Positions 7,988 to 13,528 of a DNA stretch of 13,528 nt are shown here, one piece after another. The DNA is from Candidatus Jordarchaeia archaeon (lineage in GTDB: Archaea; Asgardarchaeota; Jordiarchaeia; Jordiarchaeales; Jordiarchaeaceae). The stretch lies in assembly GCA_029856435.1 (NCBI GenBank), contig JAHQXB010000144.1, forward strand, positions 1 through 13,528, read 5' to 3'. Numbering within the stretch: the first letter of the stretch is position 1; each line of letters opens with the position of its first letter. Under the pieces are notes generated by a model. The model made no database searches. It was given only the letters and a program-made list of their open reading frames with translations, and was not told the DNA's origin. Position numbers and translations under genes: made by a program.

Positions 7988-8575
7988 TTACCTTGAAAGA
8001 TAGGATTCGACGCATCTCACTATTTCTTTATGAACAACTTCAATGGGTCGATTTGTGTTCATAATTGGGTAATCTTTATCTTTTGCCCTTTCCAAGTAGA
8101 TTCTACGCACTTTTTTTAAAAATTCGACCCTTTCAAACGTGTCTCTCATACCCTTTTTTCTATCTAAAGCTACCTCTGGATCCACATCCAGATAAATTGT
8201 TAAATCTGGTTCAACAATAAATTTGTTAATCTCTTCTATCCAACATGTATCCAGCCCCTCGGCCGTTTGATAAACAATTGAAGATTCAATATAGCGATCC
8301 GAAATAACAATCACGCCCCGCTCAAGGAGAGGTTTAATAACTTTCTCAGTGTGTTCCACCCGATCCGCTGCAAAAAGAAGCGCATGAACCGCCGGTGAAC
8401 CCCAACCATGGAAAAGGTAATCCCGAATAGTCTTACCGATTGGACCTTCAGATGGTTCTTGAGTTACGATAACCTCATAATTTTTACTCTTAAGATAATC
8501 CGCCAATTTATTGGAGTGGGTGGTGGTTCCGGAGCCATCAATGCCTTCTAAAACAATGAATCTTCCCTTTTTCAC
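7988..8575 (-). CDS. tmk: Thymidylate kinase (dTMP kinase family)
   Basis: FIVLEGIDGSGTTT, TQEPS, LLFAADR.EH, VISDRYIESSIVYQ, PDLTIYLDVDPE. GTG start with SD GAGG. The P-loop Lys position is Thr. Confidence 0.9.
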   Translation of the reverse strand: MKKGRFIVLEGIDGSGTTTHSNKLADYLKSKNYEVIVTQEPSEGPIGKTIRDYLFHGWGSPAVHALLFAADRVEHTEKVIKPLLERGVIVISDRYIESSIVYQTAEGLDTCWIEEINKFIVEPDLTIYLDVDPEVALDRKKGMRDTFERVEFLKKVRRIYLERAKDKDYPIMNTNRPIEVVHKEIVRCVESYLSR

Positions 8576-8684
8576 AAGACCGCCTCTTAGGATTACAAAA
8601 CATTAAAATTTCTAAACCATACCATACAAATTAACTTTATTAAACAATCGGAAAACCAAATCCATGTAAAGTGGATGATATGAA

Positions 8685-9467
8685 TTGGCAATACAAGAAG
8701 ACAAGTTCAATATAACTCTAAAAGTAATACATCCCATTGATAAAAACGCCCTAACTAAACCGCTATGCATCCAGGGAATGCCGGGAATAGCCAACGCCGG
8801 AAAAGGCGCCCTAGATTACATATCAAAACAACTCGGTGCAAAAAAGGTAATGGAAATTTTTTTCTCAGATTTCCCTTCACATGTAAAGATAACCCCAGAT
8901 GGATGCCTTGACGCCTCTAAAATCGAATTATTCCATTGTAGAGATAAGTCACTAAAAAGGGACATAATACTATTGACATCAGATAGTCAGCCAACATCAA
9001 ACATAGGCATGAACGTTCTATCAAAATACATCGCCAACACTCTGAAAGACTTGGGCGTAACGATGATTATTTCCTTAGCTGCCAGACCCATAACCTCCAT
9101 AAAAAGAAGCCCAAAAGTGTATGTCACAGCCACCTCACAAAAATTAGTGGAATCATTCAGCCAATTGGAAAATGTTAATGTTCTTACGGAGGGGATTATT
9201 ATAGGTATGAATGGTATAGTTCCCGTCCTATCTAACAGCATTCACAACATAGATGGGGTAATCCTACTCTCCGAGTCTTGCAAAATGCTAAATCACGACA
9301 TTGCAGCATCCTACGCCCTCATAAAAGTTTTAAAGGCAAACCCCGGCTTGGACATTGATTTATCCGCCCTGGAAAGGGAAGCAAAACTCCAGTGGGAAAC
9401 CACCGGAAAAATTACAGATAAGAAGATGAAACATAGAGATGAGAAAAAGCCCGAATACATAAGCTAA
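8685..9467 (+). CDS. PAC2 family (proteasome assembly chaperone, PbaA/PbaB-like) protein
   Basis: IQGMPGIANAGK, IFFSDFPSHV, LLTSDSQP, IISLAA, IIGMNG, G..LLSES, DLS.LE..A and a C-terminal PEYIS tail. TTG start. Confidence 0.85.
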   Translation: MAIQEDKFNITLKVIHPIDKNALTKPLCIQGMPGIANAGKGALDYISKQLGAKKVMEIFFSDFPSHVKITPDGCLDASKIELFHCRDKSLKRDIILLTSDSQPTSNIGMNVLSKYIANTLKDLGVTMIISLAARPITSIKRSPKVYVTATSQKLVESFSQLENVNVLTEGIIIGMNGIVPVLSNSIHNIDGVILLSESCKMLNHDIAASYALIKVLKANPGLDIDLSALEREAKLQWETTGKITDKKMKHRDEKKPEYIS

Positions 9468-9518
9468 AAACACCATTTACAGCTTAACAAAAATAAAAAG
9501 GGGGGAAAGTACTTAGGT

Positions 9519-10946
9519 CTAGTGTACTTCTTTTAATGACACCAGCAGTACGACAGCTAATGCAGCGCTAAGAACCAAGAATAATGTAGGTCCAAAAAAT
9601 GTGCCAGGCAACTGAATCAAAGGTGGGGCGGTGAAGAAGTAGAAGTAAAGAGGAAACTCCAAAATATAAGCCCAGTAGCTTGGAAGAATCGACAAATAGT
9701 AGAACAACTCAGCAAGAAGATAAGAGCTGGAGCTAGCCTGGAGCATACCAAATATTAAGGGCCAGATGACACTACCTGTGTGACCCAGAGTCAAAATAAT
9801 GCCTAGAGCCAAGCCTGTTATCATCGGCCCGATAGACTTAATCTCAACTATAGATTCAAAGACAAGAGGCTGAACGGAAATCAGGAAGAAGCCGAAGAGC
9901 GCCGCTGCAACAAGCAAAATCTCGCCATGTGTCGTTCCCATTATGTAAAGCATAGGAGTACAGATCAATACCGCAATGAAAAGGAAGAGCTTTCTGCGAC
10001 CAATCTTGTCCGACAATCTAGTTATGACAATAGTACCAATAATACCGAATAAAAGAACAAGTCCCGAAGCCAGACCACCGAAGGATTGCTCCATATTAAC
10101 AAACACAAAAAACAGCTCCGGATTATATAGAGCAACATACAACTCGGCAAATTTCTGGAACAAAGGCACATTAGACCAAGCAGCCCTTTCAACATAGTCG
10201 ACAATACTAAGGTACACTCCAAAACCTACTGCAAAAGCTATGCCTAGCAGCCAGAAGTCCCTTGAACTTGCAATCCTTGATAGCCCTTCTCTTAAGGGTA
10301 CCTGTTTTGTTTCCTCAACTGGTTCAGGAGGAGTGGGCGGTTTATCTCTGGCAATCAGGAAGAATACAACCGTTATAATCACCGTAACAACTGCATATAG
10401 TAACATAGTGTTCTGTAAGCTAGACCGGGCATTATACGCACCGAAAAACGCTATGAGGAGAGGTGTAAGAATGAGCCCGGTCATATTTCCACCATTGCTC
10501 GCTATTAAACCTAAGCCCTGAGCAAACGCACCCTCCCTTCTGGGGAACCAAGTAACTGCTAGTTTTGCGAGGCTAACATACATTAACGCAAAAGCCACTC
10601 CCAAGAAAAACTGGAAAATGAGAAGCCAAGTTACATCCGGCGAAAATATTCTAAGCACAGCAACAGCAGTCATAATTATTGCTCCAAGACCAGTAGCGAA
10701 TTTCCAACCTTTTCTATCGACTAAAACGCCCATAGGAAAAGACGCAAAAATCTCCGTGGCAAGAGGCCCTATAACCAGAAGGGTAATAGTCATGTCACTA
10801 ACACCGCTGAGAAAATACGCTTGCCTAACAGTCGAAGAGATCGCACCAAAGCAAATCCAAAGCGGTCCTCCGATGAAAAAAACTAGCATATACGCCAACA
10901 GTGATACCCAGCGATACCGGTATACCTGGTATTTCTCTTTAGTCAT
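9519..10946 (-). CDS. Major facilitator superfamily transporter
   Basis: About 12 hydrophobic segments, motif A twice (GVLVDRKGWK, LSDKIGRRK), N-terminal YQVYRYRW. ATG 10946 preferred over the track's 10964. Confidence 0.92.
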   Translation of the reverse strand: MTKEKYQVYRYRWVSLLAYMLVFFIGGPLWICFGAISSTVRQAYFLSGVSDMTITLLVIGPLATEIFASFPMGVLVDRKGWKFATGLGAIIMTAVAVLRIFSPDVTWLLIFQFFLGVAFALMYVSLAKLAVTWFPRREGAFAQGLGLIASNGGNMTGLILTPLLIAFFGAYNARSSLQNTMLLYAVVTVIITVVFFLIARDKPPTPPEPVEETKQVPLREGLSRIASSRDFWLLGIAFAVGFGVYLSIVDYVERAAWSNVPLFQKFAELYVALYNPELFFVFVNMEQSFGGLASGLVLLFGIIGTIVITRLSDKIGRRKLFLFIAVLICTPMLYIMGTTHGEILLVAAALFGFFLISVQPLVFESIVEIKSIGPMITGLALGIILTLGHTGSVIWPLIFGMLQASSSSYLLAELFYYLSILPSYWAYILEFPLYFYFFTAPPLIQLPGTFFGPTLFLVLSAALAVVLLVSLKEVH

Positions 10947-11525
10947 TTTCATCCCTCTTTTCAAGTTTTATTCTCTTTTTTGAGTTTTTCTCCTTTATTT
11001 TATTTTCTGTTACCAAAATAGCACAGTTTAACTGAGTGTCACCTTTTGGGTGCACATTTGAGTCGCGTCCGGCGTCCCCATATTGAAGCTCATTTTAAGT
11101 TATTCTGTGGGGCAAAAAAGCCGAAAAGGGCACACCAAGGGATGATGAAAGCCGAAAAACAAACAACACGCAGCAGGAGACACCAAATTAATTGCGCCCC
11201 ATCATTTAACGCAATTATGTAAAAAATTGAGGACAGAAGGAGGACTGAGGAACGTAATCCAGATGGTCAAAAATAGACATACCCAGACCTAGAGCCCAAT
11301 AGTGTTAGAAAAATTGGGTTGAGGGAGCGGAGTAGGCTTATCTGAAGGCATATTTGCGCACTTCTAACTCGTTTTTCTCGCCAAAAACAGCCACAGAGCA
11401 CATAGTTTTCCCTCAGTAACAACGGCTAAAAACATCTTTCGAACAGTATTGACTTAGAGCCCCACCACATCATCCACACCCCTCACAGGTTCACCGGAAT
11501 CCTTCCACCCCGCCCACTATTAAGA

Positions 11526-11727
11526 GCAACCGTTCTGACCCAGCGTTAACCTTGCGTAGCTTTGGGTTTTCCTCCCTCAGTTTCACGGCGAGGCTTTCGC
11601 CCAAGGAACGGTTGAAGCAGGCACATCTCCACTGCCTTCGGTGGGAGGATGCCCCCAATTGTGACCCTGCCCTCTTTGGGCCTTTTCGAACTCCCCGCAT
11701 TCCGGGCTGGGCTGGAATCGGCTGCAC
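11526..11727 (-). ncRNA. GC-rich structured RNA candidate (~200 nt), TnpB omega-RNA-like orphan
   Basis: GC-rich island with many helices on the minus strand: CAACCGTTC/GAACGGTTG (11614-11606 with 11535-11527), GGGC-GAAA-GCCT GNRA hairpin, CCTTG/CAAGG, GCAGG/CCTGC, ATTCC/GGAAT. The G.U pairs and GNRA loop favour the minus strand; a TATA box lies upstream. The identity as an omega-RNA is inferred only. Confidence 0.55.
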
Positions 11728-11745
11728 GACATATATGTGTGGTTG

Positions 11746-11753
11746 TTTTTAAG
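11746..11753 (-). promoter_or_regulatory. TATA box candidate for the structured RNA
   Basis: CTTAAAAA on the minus strand, placing a start near 11723-11728, where the GC-rich structured block begins. Confidence 0.5.
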
Positions 11754-11899
11754 GGAGTGATGGGTTTAATGGTTTTTCTTTTAACGTTAACTGTTGGAAA
11801 TCTCAAGTTAACAAACTTTCTAAATAGAAGCAGTTTTAACATCTCATATACAAGTTTTGACTATTTTGTGTCCACTTATTTTAAAACTGTTACAAACGG

Positions 11900-12115
11900 C
11901 TGCTGTGACGGTATGAATCTTTTTTGGGCCTGGTGGGTAGGGGAGGATGTGCATCGGCTGGCCCGCAAAATACATGGCCCGTATGGGTCGATGCTGTGAC
12001 TGGGATTGTACCCTTTGAGTGGCTAAGGCGCTCCACCCCTTGAGCGTATGGATGTGTGCCGCGTGGAGCCGACGCATAAGCAGGAGGTTTCCCTCTATGC
12101 TACGTATGGGAATAG
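11900..12115 (+). ncRNA. Structured non-coding left end of an IS110-family element (bridge RNA/seekRNA-like)
   Basis: GC-rich leader directly upstream of an IS110 DEDD stub, with stems GCATCGGC/GTCGATGC (11951-58 with 11987-94), GCTCCAC/GTGGAGC (12030-36 with 12063-69), and GCATA/TATGC (12074-78 with 12096-100) enclosing GAGG-TTTC-CCTC. Boundaries are approximate. Confidence 0.5.
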
Positions 12116-12208
12116 ATGAACTGTATTATAGGTATTGATGTTCACAAAAAATATTGCTGTGTATGCATGAAGGATATGGAAGGAAATATAAAAAAGGTGA
12201 ATTCTTAA
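12116..12208 (+). pseudogene. IS110-family transposase, N-terminal 30-aa remnant
   Basis: Manual translation MNCIIGIDVHKKYCCVCMKDMEGNIKKVNS*. IGIDVHK is the first catalytic-Asp motif of the DEDD RuvC-like domain; the rest of the gene is absent. Confidence 0.8.
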
Positions 12209-12276
12209 TCCTAAAAAAGTTACGGGGCCAGAACCCCGATCAGCACCAAAGGGAACAGGAAGGCGAAAGCAGTCCT

Positions 12277-12397
12277 TTAGAGCACAGGTAACCTATCAAA
12301 TTGTACACCAGCCTCAATGTCCCACTTCTGAATAGTTCGTGGATGAAGACCCGGAAGTAAAGATGCTTCTTTAAAGTGTGTACAGCTTTTCAGGCAT
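12277..12397 (-). pseudogene. tnpA: IS607-family TnpA (serine recombinase) N-terminal HTH remnant, frameshifted and truncated
   Basis: MPEKLYTL, then after skipping one extra T, KEASLLPGLHPRTIQKWD, matching the MerR-like HTH pattern (LYTxKEAxxxLGxHPxTIQxWD) of IS607 TnpA. Similarity stops at ~12319; in-frame stop at 12277. Confidence 0.7.
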
Positions 12398-12448
12398 ACA
12401 TAAATAATACACTAACGCCTATATAAGCCTGTATATTTTGGAACTGTT
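12398..12448 (-). mobile_element. Probable IS607 left end with tnpA promoter
   Basis: Minus strand AACAGTTCCAAAATATACAGG-CTTATATA (TATA, 12427-12420), 23-30 nt before the tnpA ATG, implying a leaderless transcript. The end position is inferred. Confidence 0.4.
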
Positions 12449-12759
12449 GATTACGGCGGATGCGGAAACAAGAAAATTACGCCGTTTGTGCTTTGTTGCA
12501 TAATTTTACTTTTTATAATATATTTATATAACATTTTAAAAATTTTTCAAATTAACAATGTAAAATTGCAAAAAATTCGTTAAAATGTTAAGAAAATTGA
12601 AAAAAAATAAAACTTTTTCAACAGAGTCCAAATAGGGGTGCTGCCCACATGTGGTGTAGGGGTCTTAATTGAACACATGGTTAAATAACGCCTTTTTTTG
12701 GGAGAAGAAGGCTTCTAAATCATTTTTGGCAAGTTATCAGATGAGGGGGAACTATATTA

Positions 12760-12867
12760 GGTGATGTAGAATCGTTCGGTTTCGCCTCAAAAAAGGGGTG
12801 TTTATAGGGCTTCTTTCACGATTTGGAGCCTTATTAGGGAGATGGAGCCGAATAAATCTGCATCACC
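12760..12867 (-). mobile_element. 108-bp MITE, copy 2 (inverted relative to copy 1)
   Basis: Exact reverse complement of 1811-1918, flanked by a perfect 10-bp target-site duplication AACTATATTA (12750-12759 and 12868-12877). Confidence 0.93.
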
Positions 12868-13059
12868 AACTATATTATGCGGAAAAACATTTAGCTGAAA
12901 TTTTATTGACCTGTACACATGTGGGGTGAAACTTTGCCGCACTTCTGGTTTCCTTCTATTATTTTTTCTTTGTGGACCCACTTTTCTTTTCGTGGATGCG
13001 ATTCTTTAAAAATTTTAGGACAAAAAAGAGGGGAAATGGTTGGTTGCAGCGCCAGAAAC

Positions 13060-13527
13060 TTAAACTCTTTTCATCCTCTTAAACTTCTTTTTCCTCTTTT
13101 TCTCCGATGAGGTGACGCTTTTTTCTGGCTTTTGTTCTTCGACTTCTTTCCCCTCTGACTCCGATTCTCCTCCGCCAACCCCTTCTTCAAAGTCTACTTC
13201 CTTGCCTTCCTCAGCTCCTGTTTCTTGCGTCTCCGAACCTTTGGCTTCTTTAGGCTCCGTTTCAGCTCCCGCATCCCCCATTCTCTTCTCCTCAGCTTCC
13301 TCGCCCTCACCCTCTTCCTCTACATCACTCCAAGTTTCTTCCGCTCCTTTGGTCTCCTCTTCCTCGGCTTCTGGCTGCTCCGCCTTTTTCTTTAACTCAA
13401 CTTGAGGTTTTTGCATTTCCTCAAATTTTTCGATGGTCTGCATTATCATTTCGCTTATTTCGCCGGATACGCCTACGGATTCCAGCAGTCGCTCCCTATC
13501 TGCGGGTTTTGCGGTTTTAAGCTCCTT
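13060..13527 (-). CDS. 3' part of a protein with an acidic low-complexity tail and basic C-terminus (5' end outside the window)
   Basis: The frame of track ORF 13060..13449 stays open to the window edge (KELKTAKPADRERLLESVGVSGEISEMIM...). It is Glu-rich for ~90 aa and ends EKKRKKKFKRMKRV*. Confidence 0.8.
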   Translation of the reverse strand, partial: KELKTAKPADRERLLESVGVSGEISEMIMQTIEKFEEMQKPQVELKKKAEQPEAEEEETKGAEETWSDVEEEGEGEEAEEKRMGDAGAETEPKEAKGSETQETGAEEGKEVDFEEGVGGGESESEGKEVEEQKPEKSVTSSEKKRKKKFKRMKRV

Positions 13528-13528
13528 C

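Noticed and set aside
8612-10983. Track ORFs 8612..8794, 8987..9241, 9976..10197, 10022..10222, 10240..10521 and 10618..10983
   Set aside because: Alternative-frame or antisense shadows of the PAC2 and MFS genes.
11060-11089. Sequence ending CCCCATATTGAAGC, resembling the 3' end of a CRISPR repeat
   Set aside because: Single copy, no spacer periodicity, no internal hairpin and no cas genes.
11142-11248. Box C (ATGATGA, 11142-11148) and CTGA (11245-11248) on the plus strand, plus a short AAAGCCGAAAA repeat
   Set aside because: The boxes are ~100 nt apart with no D'/C' pair or terminal stem, unlike the sRNA at 7780-7840.
11526-11727. RNase P RNA, SRP RNA, group II intron or FMN/cobalamin riboswitch identity for the structured block
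   Set aside because: GAGGAAAACCC resembles the RNase P P4 5' strand but no 3' partner follows. There is no SRP helix-8 motif and no intron domain V. Riboswitch matches are limited to a few bases.
11491-12077. Track ORFs 11491..11727, 11546..11842, 11552..11752, 11649..11999 and 11844..12077 as real proteins
   Set aside because: Mutually overlapping frames on both strands caused by GC-rich, stop-poor structured DNA; no domain motifs or SD.
12919-13405. Track ORFs 12919..13110 (+) and 13112..13405 (+)
   Set aside because: Antisense to the Glu-rich gene and its T-rich 3' region; the Ser-rich frame mirrors the Glu codons.

Overview
Archaeal genomic window, probably Asgard or TACK (inferred from TATA/BRE promoters, TFB, Rpo12, archaeal GlyRS, a PAC2 protein, a roadblock protein and a box C/D sRNA). 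Bases ~620-10950 are housekeeping genes: tfb, SUI1, a small Zn-ribbon protein, rpoP (missed by the ORF track), glyS, a CPSF-type beta-CASP nuclease, map, roadblock/LC7, tmk, PAC2 and an MFS transporter. An unannotated box C/D guide RNA sits at 7780-7840 and is predicted to methylate 16S rRNA C1402. Bases ~11000-13000 lack real ORFs but are not empty. They hold a ~200-nt structured RNA candidate with its own TATA box that resembles a TnpB omega-RNA but has no tnpB gene. They also hold a structured IS110 leader (bridge-RNA-like) ahead of a 30-codon DEDD transposase stub, a frameshifted IS607 tnpA stub, and one copy of a 108-bp MITE whose identical second copy lies at 1811-1918. The window ends inside a gene with an acidic low-complexity tail. 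All family assignments come from motif recognition by eye; no database search was run.
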